Shown here: piece after piece, positions 27,901 to 35,664 of the stretch
How the letters are laid out: each line of letters begins with the position of its first letter
How positions within the stretch are numbered: position 1 is the first letter of the stretch
Assembly (NCBI GenBank): GCA_947629365.1
Contig: CANRDM010000003.1
Location: 1-40,915 of the forward strand
Direction: 5' to 3'
From: an uncultured Bacilli bacterium
GTDB taxonomy: Bacteria > Bacillota_I > Bacilli_A > RF39 > UBA660
DNA: 40,915 bases
Program-made: the position numbers and the translations under genes
Notes under the pieces: model-generated
What the model saw: the letters and a program-made list of their open reading frames with translations, nothing else
The model's database searches: none
What the model was told of the DNA's origin: nothing

Positions 27901-28551
27901 TTTGGATTCAGTTAAAAAATCTTCATTTTTATCAAGGTACTCTTTAAGTTGTAAATATTTTTCTTTGTATTCTTCAAAAAATTTTTTTGTAACTTTTTCT
28001 ACATCAAATACTTGCTCAATATCTTCAAGTTTAATTTTTCTGTCATTTATTTTCAACAGTTTTAGTAAAAATTCTTGTGCTGTGTGAACTGACTCATTTT
28101 CACCTACTAAATAAGAATATCTTTTTGCAGGTGTCAGTTCAATTTTAAAACCTTTATCTGTAAAATTTACTTCTTTCTTTACAAATGATAATCTCCAATT
28201 AGTTTCAGTTTCAGAATAAAATGCTACTAAAGATGCATCTAAATCATATTTAGATAAGATAGTAGCTATAAAATTTCTTTGAGAAGTTCTTGCATTTGTT
28301 GAAGTACTATTGCTAAGTTTAACTATCAATATACCAATAGTATTTAGTCCATCATTGTATTTAGCAATATATTTATAATAATCTATATTGCCTCTATATT
28401 GATTAGGAATATCTTTTCGTTCATCAATATTATTAGATATATCAAATTGACTTAGATTTAGCAAATCTTTTACAAAGTCAATATAATTATTTTCTTCAAA
28501 TCTCTTTGTTAAAATATTTAGATATTCTTTTTCTCTTTGATCCACTTGCAT
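24976..28551 (-). CDS. Large N6-adenine DNA methyltransferase (Eco57I/type IIG-like, TaqI_C-type TRD)
   Basis: FLNGGLF, GAFYTPRE, DPAVGSGAF, DIVIGNPPY. Confidence 0.9.
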   Translation of the reverse strand: MQVDQREKEYLNILTKRFEENNYIDFVKDLLNLSQFDISNNIDERKDIPNQYRGNIDYYKYIAKYNDGLNTIGILIVKLSNSTSTNARTSQRNFIATILSKYDLDASLVAFYSETETNWRLSFVKKEVNFTDKGFKIELTPAKRYSYLVGENESVHTAQEFLLKLLKINDRKIKLEDIEQVFDVEKVTKKFFEEYKEKYLQLKEYLDKNEDFLTESKKSDFTSVEFAKKLMGQIVFLYFLQKKGWLGVQLVPNELNLIEYKELYNNIDSVSQNLLNKFYEKQENFYVISKTELKATDSVEDIINLSNLFKGTSYDKNWGTGKKDFIRSIYKQAIKEHKNFFDDYLEPFFYRGLNEKRENQFFPLFNCKIPFLNGGLFEPLNNYRWSSAYFNIPNSMFSNDTKDGILDFLDLYNFTIDEEEPLEKDVAVDPEMLGKIFENLLEVNDRKSKGAFYTPREIVYYMCQECLAQYLVKNVNISYDEIIEFIKYGDLITQLDWEQHITKNSNSYLIGKSIYDNVLKIDNALINVKIADPAVGSGAFPLGMLTEISKIRNNLSTYIMIQNDEKEININKLTNNEQLKRSLFDIKLQTIENCIYAVDIESSAIDITKLRLWLSLIVDYPNDAEPRPLPNLDCKIMQGNSLVESFEGVPLFSEKILSNNLKNYKRKESDINFVSDIHIQQSFQFDENSINLNSYIEKMLNLQKEYFRTSDNKLKKELKNKIDLIQFGMIEESLKNNSDKLLKFKDEEKKKNKSWFIWKLEFFDVFKNNNGFDIVIGNPPYVQLQKDSGKLANELESQGYKTFTRTGDIYCIFYEKGLELLKENGIECFITSNKWLRAAYGEKLRGFLSKYNPLMLINFCGNKVFESAQVDVNILLTENSKNKRNTKTVEIHDNYKGNLEDNLNNNFVENSYIDNSNWILMTNIESNIKNKVEKYGKKLLNWNIRINRGLLTGFNDAFIINNNTYNYLINLDENNKNVIKPIIRGRDLEQYKCNFSNLYMIVTHNGYGNTKRIDINDFPTIKSYLDQFYDKLKKRYDKGDTPYNLRNCAYIEDFASPKIMYSEIVKKPQFYYDELGYYPEATTFIISGEKLEYLICALNSKLIGNIFKSFYAGGGLGEKGYRYKKAFLVNLPLPTITEDEYQKFKEYLKNINDKLNNNLSYKEELLEIDDFLCAKYHFTDEEIQYLIKISE

Positions 28552-28559
28552 TCACTTCC

Positions 28560-31500
28560 TTACTTAACAAACAATTCAGATAATATGATTTCTCTTGTTA
28601 TTATATTTTCTTCTTCGTTCTTTTTTTCTTCTAAATCAAAATATGTAGATGGAATTGATGCATAAAAGTCTTTATAAAATTTTATCAAATCACTTTTTGA
28701 TTTTACATTTATTTGAATCATTTTATTGGCATTTTTTAACATTTTTGTAGGCAATTCACCATTTTGCAACAATTTTATTAGTTTATTTCCTTTATCAATT
28801 TCTTCATCCGTTAAAATATCTGTTGACTTTAATGCTTCTTTTAAAATATAAATAATATTTTTAGCATTGCTTGTTCCTTTTCTTTTTTCAGTTTTAGTAA
28901 ATTCCTCTTGATTTTCTTCTAATTCAAAATTATCAAAAGAATTTTTATTTTTATTCAATAGTATATAATATTTTGAATTAATAGTTTCTGCTGTTTCTTC
29001 TGGAGTAGTTTTAATCATTTCAATTGCATTATCAAAAGTTATTTCATCGGTATTACTTTGATTAGATAAATAAAACTTTTTAACATATCCCTTTCTAAAA
29101 AAAGTTAATAATTCTTCATCTTGACCTTTTCTAGCAATTTTAATTTTTTTAGGCATTTGTTGAATTTTACTAAATAATTCTGGTTTTTTATCTCTAATTT
29201 CTCTTATTAATTTTAAATATTTCAATTCAGTATTTAAACCTGTTTCATCTTCATCATTTATAGTAGTCATTTTTTTAAACAATTCGTGCGTAGATACATT
29301 TTCTTCATCCGTTAAGAATTTAGAGTCTTCACCTAATATATTATGAAACATTTGAATTTTGCTAATAATGTTTTCATTTTGATGAATCAAATCATTTGAA
29401 TTAGAAGTCGGGAAAAAATTATATACAAATAATTCTTTATATCTTGTTCCAACTCGATTGATACGACCCACTCTTTGCATTATTTTAGTAGGATTCCAAG
29501 GTAAATCGTAATTTATTATTACATTACTTCTATGTAAATTCATTCCTTCTGCTAATACATCAGTGGTAACTAAAACATCATATTCATCTTTCGCAAGTTC
29601 CGAATCAACATTCGGATCAAAATTGTTCCTAATTTCATTTTTTATGTTATCACTCATAGATCCAGAAAATAATATAACCATTCTATTCAATTTTTTTTGA
29701 ATATTTTGTGATAAATATTCTGCTGTTTCTTTTGATTCAGTAAATATAATAATTTTATTTTTTAAATTTTTATCGGTTCTTAATAAGTCTAAAAAATATT
29801 CTAATTTACAATCACTATTCAATTCTTCCCATTTTTCTTTTAAACAAGTTAAAATATTTAAATCTTTTATTAAGTCTTCTATAAAATTATCTTTAAATTC
29901 ATTAGATTTAAAAGAAAATGCATTTCCTTTTTCTTTGCCTTCAATAAGAACTTCAAAATCTTCACGATCTAATAAATCATCAACATTTAATTTTCTACTA
30001 ATCCATACTTCGCCATTATTATACATTTTAATAAATCTTTCGTGAGATTCAATAAATCTAGTTAATGTTTTTGTAAAAGCATATTTACTACTTTCTAATC
30101 TTTTTATTAAAGTTCCTTTCATAAAAGCACCCATATTTCTTTGCCCCGTCAATAAGGTATTCATTTCACTAGTCAAAAATTTATCTTTAACATAAGTTAA
30201 GGGTTTATAACGAGAATAAGTTAACTCTTTTATTAAATTTATAGTTTCCTCAAATATTTTTTCAGTTTGCTCATCAAATTCGTAAGTTTCCTTAATTGGA
30301 TTGTTTAGTTTAGGAAAAGTTAATCCTTGCTTTTCTAAATCTTCTTTATAATTATTTTGTATTTCTGTTCTTGTTCTTCTTATCATTACTTCTCTTAAAA
30401 CTCTATCTCTAATTTTACAAGAAGCTGTTTCAAGGGCATTAAAATAATCATCTGTACCTTTCTTATGTTTATTAACTTCAGATTTCAGATTTAAAAAGAA
30501 TTGTTCTAATTTTCTAACACCTGGAATAGTAGAGTTAGTTTTTGATTCAAATAAATACATTTGATTAGCAATATCAGTAACATAATTATTTTGTGGGGTT
30601 GCAGTAATTAAAATAATTTTTTTATTAGCACATATTTCGGATAAATAGGTATAATTATCTGTATTATCATTTCTAAATTTATGAGCTTCATCAACAAAAA
30701 TATATGAAAAAGTTCTATATAATTTTTCTTCACTAATTTTTCTTAAATTACCACTAGAATAAACCTCAAAATTTCTTACTCCAAATGATCTTAAAACTTT
30801 TCTCCAGTAATCAACTAATACAGGGGGAACTAAAAATAATTTACCTCCAGATAGTTCATTTCCTAATAACGCACACATATACGTTTTTCCTAGGCCAACT
30901 ACATCTGATATAAATACCCCATTATGTTTTTCCAACATTTTTTTTGCCTGTATAACTGCATCCATTTGATATTGAAGTGGTCTAAATCCTTCTATCAAAT
31001 ATTCATTTGTTTTAAATTTAAATGATTGATCATCATTAATTTCTTCTTTAAAATATTCATATAAAAATTTTAAATACATTTCATAAGGAGTAATATCATT
31101 CTTTATCCAAGTATCTTTTTCAATAGTATCAATACATTCTTGACTTATATCAATAGAATCTTTCCACAATTCTTCAAATTTAGTGTATGCAAATTCCACA
31201 TCTCCACGATTCTTTAACTCAACATTAAATTCAAGGTTATTTAATAATCCGTTATATGAAAAATTACTAGAACCTGTTATAACTTTTCCATAATCTGCAC
31301 AATCATTATAATTTCTCATAACATAAACTTTGGCGTGAATAGGTTGCTTTGAATATACTCGAATCTCTAATTTTCCATTTCTGATAAATTCAATAAATTT
31401 ACGAACTCCAATTTCTACACATTCAGAATCATCAGAATTTTCAAATTCTTGTTTCAATTTATTTTTATAAAATAACTTACTTTCATAAGTATTTAAATTT

Positions 31501-31754
31501 ATTTCATCAATAGACATTTGACTTTCTTTATATAATTTTAATACCTGTTCATCCGTATTTATTCCAATTAAAATTCTTGTTTTTTCAACATTATCTAGTG
31601 AATCCTGTAGTAAATAAAATCCACTAGCTCTAAAATATCCAACCAACACATCAAAGAATTGTGTATCTCTTTTCAAAATTTTGTTAAATCTTTCATTTAA
31701 ATTTCTTTCTGGTTCATTAGTAAAAAAAGTTAAATCATTATTCATATTTATCAC
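28560..31754 (-). CDS. PLD-family nuclease fused to an SNF2-like SF2 helicase
   Basis: HAK...GSSN..N.E, DVVGLGKT, DEAH, TATP, EGMNL, QRVGRINR. Confidence 0.9.
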   Translation of the reverse strand: MINMNNDLTFFTNEPERNLNERFNKILKRDTQFFDVLVGYFRASGFYLLQDSLDNVEKTRILIGINTDEQVLKLYKESQMSIDEINLNTYESKLFYKNKLKQEFENSDDSECVEIGVRKFIEFIRNGKLEIRVYSKQPIHAKVYVMRNYNDCADYGKVITGSSNFSYNGLLNNLEFNVELKNRGDVEFAYTKFEELWKDSIDISQECIDTIEKDTWIKNDITPYEMYLKFLYEYFKEEINDDQSFKFKTNEYLIEGFRPLQYQMDAVIQAKKMLEKHNGVFISDVVGLGKTYMCALLGNELSGGKLFLVPPVLVDYWRKVLRSFGVRNFEVYSSGNLRKISEEKLYRTFSYIFVDEAHKFRNDNTDNYTYLSEICANKKIILITATPQNNYVTDIANQMYLFESKTNSTIPGVRKLEQFFLNLKSEVNKHKKGTDDYFNALETASCKIRDRVLREVMIRRTRTEIQNNYKEDLEKQGLTFPKLNNPIKETYEFDEQTEKIFEETINLIKELTYSRYKPLTYVKDKFLTSEMNTLLTGQRNMGAFMKGTLIKRLESSKYAFTKTLTRFIESHERFIKMYNNGEVWISRKLNVDDLLDREDFEVLIEGKEKGNAFSFKSNEFKDNFIEDLIKDLNILTCLKEKWEELNSDCKLEYFLDLLRTDKNLKNKIIIFTESKETAEYLSQNIQKKLNRMVILFSGSMSDNIKNEIRNNFDPNVDSELAKDEYDVLVTTDVLAEGMNLHRSNVIINYDLPWNPTKIMQRVGRINRVGTRYKELFVYNFFPTSNSNDLIHQNENIISKIQMFHNILGEDSKFLTDEENVSTHELFKKMTTINDEDETGLNTELKYLKLIREIRDKKPELFSKIQQMPKKIKIARKGQDEELLTFFRKGYVKKFYLSNQSNTDEITFDNAIEMIKTTPEETAETINSKYYILLNKNKNSFDNFELEENQEEFTKTEKRKGTSNAKNIIYILKEALKSTDILTDEEIDKGNKLIKLLQNGELPTKMLKNANKMIQINVKSKSDLIKFYKDFYASIPSTYFDLEEKKNEEENIITREIILSELFVK

Positions 31755-31836
31755 CTATTGTCTCTACTATATCTTTTAATTATATTATAACATTATATAA
31801 CAATATTTTTAATATTTATCTCATATTTTTTAATAA

Positions 31837-32862
31837 TTAATCCTGTGCCCACTCATCTTCGCCATCATAATCATAATAATTACATAAACTTATTTCTTGC
31901 ATTAATTCATAGGTAATTGGAAAAACATATTTTTCTTGAAATTCTATCTTATAATCTTCTTCTGTTTCGCTTACAATAATTGAAAATTCATAATCACTAA
32001 TTAAAAGTCTATTTAATACAAAAAAATCTATATCATCCATTGAACTATAAGATTTAGTATAGTCTTCACAAATAAATTCACCATCTAATATTAAAAAATC
32101 ACATTTACAATTCACAAAAAATTGTTTATCTTTATGACTTATTATATCAATATCTGTAATTTTTTGAATAACTAAATTATCTAATTGTAAATTTTCATAA
32201 TTTAAGTCTATACTCTTTAATTCAATTTTATTTAATAATTCTTCTTGAATATCTTTTAATTTATTATTTATGCAGTCTTTTATTTTATTGATTACATCTG
32301 GTGATGCATTATTTATTTTAGCTAAAAACTCGTTTAAATCATCAAATACTTCAATTTCTTCCTTTAAAGCATTTTTTATGCCTTTATCATTCGTAACAAA
32401 ATATATTTCTTCATTATTACTAATTTCTATACTATTAACATAGCTTACTATAAAAGCATCTGGAAACTCTTTTCGCTTTTCTTTTCTATTTTCAAAAGGA
32501 TATTCAACTTTAAAATATTTTTTAAAAATTTCTTCTGAATTAACACTAGAAATATCACATTTTTTTGCCGAAATATTTATCTTAAAATTGTTATAATCAA
32601 CTAGATCTTTATAACAATGTTCCCTTATCTTTTCATCTGAAATATATTTTTTAATCCATTTTCTATTAGATATTAATTTATATTCTTGATCTCCTCTTTG
32701 ATTTAAATGCGAACTAATTTCGCCATCAATGACACTTAAACTATAATATTCATATTTTTTATCTCTAACATTTTGTATCAACGTTTTAATTATTAAATTT
32801 TTTTCAGAAAAATTATATCCTATTTTTTCAAAAGCATTTGTATCTACAAACAATTTATTCAT
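31837..32862 (-). CDS. PIN-domain protein (DUF4935-like)
   Basis: LFVDTN, KEFPDAFI, FVTND acidic motifs. Confidence 0.75.
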   Translation of the reverse strand: MNKLFVDTNAFEKIGYNFSEKNLIIKTLIQNVRDKKYEYYSLSVIDGEISSHLNQRGDQEYKLISNRKWIKKYISDEKIREHCYKDLVDYNNFKINISAKKCDISSVNSEEIFKKYFKVEYPFENRKEKRKEFPDAFIVSYVNSIEISNNEEIYFVTNDKGIKNALKEEIEVFDDLNEFLAKINNASPDVINKIKDCINNKLKDIQEELLNKIELKSIDLNYENLQLDNLVIQKITDIDIISHKDKQFFVNCKCDFLILDGEFICEDYTKSYSSMDDIDFFVLNRLLISDYEFSIIVSETEEDYKIEFQEKYVFPITYELMQEISLCNYYDYDGEDEWAQD

Positions 32863-32889
32863 ATTACTCCCTAAATTTTAAATAAAGTT

Positions 32890-33108
32890 TTATTTATCAT
32901 CTTCTGAATAATAATCATCTTCATCTAAATCTTCATCCATTGAATCTTCAAAATTATAAATATCATAGTTTCCTTTTCTAATTTCCTCTTTTTCATAATC
33001 ATCAAAATTATTCCAATTCATTTCCTGCTCTAGCTTTTTTTGCTTTTCTTTTTTTTCTGTTTCATTAATTGTTTCATTTAATCCTAATAAAAAACTAAAT
33101 AGTCCCAT
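32890..33108 (-). CDS. Small highly acidic protein
   Basis: 72-aa ORF with GGAG RBS and an upstream TGATATAAT. Confidence 0.6.
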   Translation of the reverse strand: MGLFSFLLGLNETINETEKKEKQKKLEQEMNWNNFDDYEKEEIRKGNYDIYNFEDSMDEDLDEDDYYSEDDK

Positions 33109-33333
33109 ACAAAATCACTCCAAAAATCCTTGATAAATATTATATCATAATTAGAATTTTTTAAATAGTCTTTAAACTAAATTATAGACATAATATTTCA
33201 ATATCTAAATAAAATATTTATTATTCAATAAATTTATTAATTTATACTTCTAAAACAATAAAAATCTTAATTGTAAAGCTATTAATAATATATTTTTTCT
33301 ATCATTGCTTCAAACATCAACTCTTAATATTTT

Positions 33334-34086
33334 TTATAATGATTTATAAAAAAGATCACTTTCATCATTCCATAAATCATCGGTTTCTTCTATATTTAAT
33401 TTATTTATATTACTTATAATAGAATTTTTGAAGTACCCAAACTTATTTTCAATTGTATTTCCGTCCTCATCTCTAAAATCTCTTTGAATAACTCTTGGAA
33501 TAATATAGTGTATAATTTTAATTAAATCTTTATATGAATTGTTTTCTAATAATTGTTCAAACAATTTATCATAATAAAATATTTGCATATCTTCTTCATT
33601 TATATAGCCTCGATTAATTAATTCAATCGTTAATTTATTGTGTTCTTCAGGAACAAAAAAAGATGATATTTTTGTTTTATCATCTTTATCTATTTGTTTA
33701 TTAGTATTTATTTGTATTGGTTTTCCCATATTTGGACTATCCATATATGGAGATTCCATACCTGGATTATTATTGCTTTTATCTAAATCAATAAAGTGAG
33801 GAATTTCATATATTAAATAATTATATTCAAAGTATCCTTTTTTTCCTCTCACTTTTTCAATTTCCAAATAATGATGGTCTTGCAATTCTTTTAATATAGA
33901 TCTTATTCCGTCTTTACTTTCTTTACTTATAGAACATAAACCTGCAAGTGAATAATCCCAATCTTTGGGTAATGATAGCATAAACGATAACAAGCCTTTT
34001 GCTTTATAAGATAACTCTTTATCTCTTAAATGATAATTACTCATAACCGTATAGTTATTATTTTTTTCTATTTTAAAAACTGACAA
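33334..34086 (-). CDS. Replication initiator-like winged-HTH protein (phage/ICE type)
   Basis: NYTVMSNYHLRDKELSYKAKGLLSFMLSLP.DW motif; start reset to the TTG at 34086 after GAAGGTG. Confidence 0.75.
   Translation of the reverse strand: MSVFKIEKNNNYTVMSNYHLRDKELSYKAKGLLSFMLSLPKDWDYSLAGLCSISKESKDGIRSILKELQDHHYLEIEKVRGKKGYFEYNYLIYEIPHFIDLDKSNNNPGMESPYMDSPNMGKPIQINTNKQIDKDDKTKISSFFVPEEHNKLTIELINRGYINEEDMQIFYYDKLFEQLLENNSYKDLIKIIHYIIPRVIQRDFRDEDGNTIENKFGYFKNSIISNINKLNIEETDDLWNDESDLFYKSL
33718..33765. repeat. 15-bp-period iteron-like repeats inside the rep gene
   Basis: TGGnnnnnCCATAnn three times, encoding PGMES-PYMDS-PNMGK-P. Confidence 0.6.
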
Positions 34087-34106
34087 TTTGTACACCTTCT
34101 TTCTTG

Positions 34107-34131
34107 AAAAAAGCACATAAAACTATGTGCT
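34107..34131 (-). terminator. Hairpin with T run between parB and rep
   Basis: AGCACATA-AAAC-TATGTGCT followed by a T tract on the minus strand. Confidence 0.55.
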
Positions 34132-35008
34132 AATTAATTCTCAAGCCAATATCTATTTCTTCTTTTTTTGATAATTCATTATAATTCAATATGGCTTTTA
34201 TAATATATTGCTCTATATATCTTTTATCTCTCTTTAACAAATCTTGAGGCAATACTGATTCAATTTTATCTTTATTAAAGGAAATTTGTTCATTTTGATT
34301 ACCTTTTTTTTGACAAAGTATATCTTCTAGAGAATCAAAATCTAACTGATTATTTTTACTTAATTTTCTAATCTCCATTGCTTGAGAGTGACTTGGAGTA
34401 GCACTTTCATAAATTATTAAAGAATATACCAAAGTTTGCTCCTCTTTACTTAAATACGATAATTCTACTGCCGGTTTCATTCCCATAGTTAAAGTAGTTC
34501 TACTATCATACATTATAGTATTATCTACTAATTCCAATAATTCTGGAATTAGGTACGTCAACCTTATATAATTGTGAATTGTTCTTGATGAATCTTTAGA
34601 ATTTGAAGCCACTTCATCTCTTGACTTGTGGCAACGATTGCCACAAGTCAATTTTCCTTGATGTTTAATTGCATCATATTTCATTTTATAAGCAAAGGCC
34701 TTTTCGGATGGTAAAATTTTTTCTCTATACATATTGGAATCTACCATTAGTATAGTGGCTTCATCATCATTTAAGTCTTTAATATTTACTTCGACATCTT
34801 CCACACCGTTTAATTCTAATGCTAATTTTCGTCTATGACCTGATATTAGTTCATATCTATTATTACTTTTCTTTCTAACTATTAAAGGATTAAGTAATCC
34901 ATTTTCTTTAATACTTTGTGCTAATTCATTTAGAGAATCATTATTTTCTACTTTATATGGGTGATTTTTAAAAGAATCAATACTTGCTAATTTAATAATA
35001 CTATTCAT
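34130..35008 (-). CDS. parB: ParB/Spo0J-family protein (no ParA in the window)
   Basis: LAQSIKENGLLNPLIVR, YELISGHRR; start reset to the ATG at 35008 after AAGGAG. Confidence 0.9.
   Translation of the reverse strand: MNSIIKLASIDSFKNHPYKVENNDSLNELAQSIKENGLLNPLIVRKKSNNRYELISGHRRKLALELNGVEDVEVNIKDLNDDEATILMVDSNMYREKILPSEKAFAYKMKYDAIKHQGKLTCGNRCHKSRDEVASNSKDSSRTIHNYIRLTYLIPELLELVDNTIMYDSRTTLTMGMKPAVELSYLSKEEQTLVYSLIIYESATPSHSQAMEIRKLSKNNQLDFDSLEDILCQKKGNQNEQISFNKDKIESVLPQDLLKRDKRYIEQYIIKAILNYNELSKKEEIDIGLRIN
34621..34651. repeat. Perfect 14-bp inverted repeat inside parB (candidate parS)
   Basis: TTGACTTGTGGCAA-CGA-TTGCCACAAGTCAA. Confidence 0.8.
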
Positions 35009-35009
35009 T

Positions 35010-35486
35010 TCACAACTCCTTATTTTCAATCGAATAATTTAATTTCCATTCTATATATTCTTCATAAGATATGTATCTTTTTTTTCTTTTCAATCTCATT
35101 TTCTCCCATTCATCAAGAAAACCATCTATATTTAAATTATTTTTTCCATACAAATTGAAAATTGGCTCTAATTCTATTTGATAATTTGGAATTAATTCCT
35201 CAAGCCATAATAATGTATAAATAATATCGATATCTTCTTTAAAATCATATTTTTTAATAGCATCAAAACTAACATTTAATATTCTTGATATTTCATTTGT
35301 CCTATCATCTTTTGGATTTCTTATTCCCTTTTCATATCTTGTCATTGTTCTCCTTTTGCATTCTCCTGTTAATCCAAGTTTGTCCGATAATTGATCTTGA
35401 GTCATAAACCTAAATTGTCTAGCAAATGCTATCCTAGACCCCTGTGATAAATCTCTTAACTTAGGTTTAGTATAAATTAATCGCAT
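35010..35486 (-). CDS. XRE-family HTH regulator
   Basis: MTQDQLSDKLG...MTRYEKGIRNP; GGAGG RBS. Confidence 0.85.
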   Translation of the reverse strand: MRLIYTKPKLRDLSQGSRIAFARQFRFMTQDQLSDKLGLTGECKRRTMTRYEKGIRNPKDDRTNEISRILNVSFDAIKKYDFKEDIDIIYTLLWLEELIPNYQIELEPIFNLYGKNNLNIDGFLDEWEKMRLKRKKRYISYEEYIEWKLNYSIENKEL

Positions 35487-35521
35487 TTTTTATCCCTCCA
35501 TTTCTTTGTCGCATATAGCAC

Positions 35522-35566
35522 AAAAAAAGACTAAAATATACTATGAAATAAGCAATTATAGTCTTT
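35522..35566 (-). terminator. Possible terminator downstream of ppdK
   Basis: AAAGACTA/TAGTCTTT arms with imperfect inner pairing and a T run on the minus strand. Confidence 0.4.
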
Positions 35567-35664
35567 AATTTATATATAAATATCAATAAATAATGGTTTG
35601 GAATAAATTTTAATTTTTCACAAACTCCCAAATTTCCTTTTAAATACGGGCTTTATCAATATTT

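Larger units (their letters stand above)
1..35660. mobile_element. Integrative conjugative element (partial; continues left of the window)
   Basis: Relaxase, VirB4, VirB6/VirB2-like, M23 peptidase, SSB, adhesin/sortase, Rep and ParB sit next to housekeeping ppdK. The right boundary is approximate and no integrase is in the window. Confidence 0.8.

Noticed and set aside
24976-31754. BREX or DISARM system
   Set aside because: PglZ/BrxC and DrmA/DrmB partners are not present in the window.
33109-33333. Hidden ORF or ncRNA in the AT-rich gap
   Set aside because: Only a very short ORF without a convincing RBS and no stable structure were seen.
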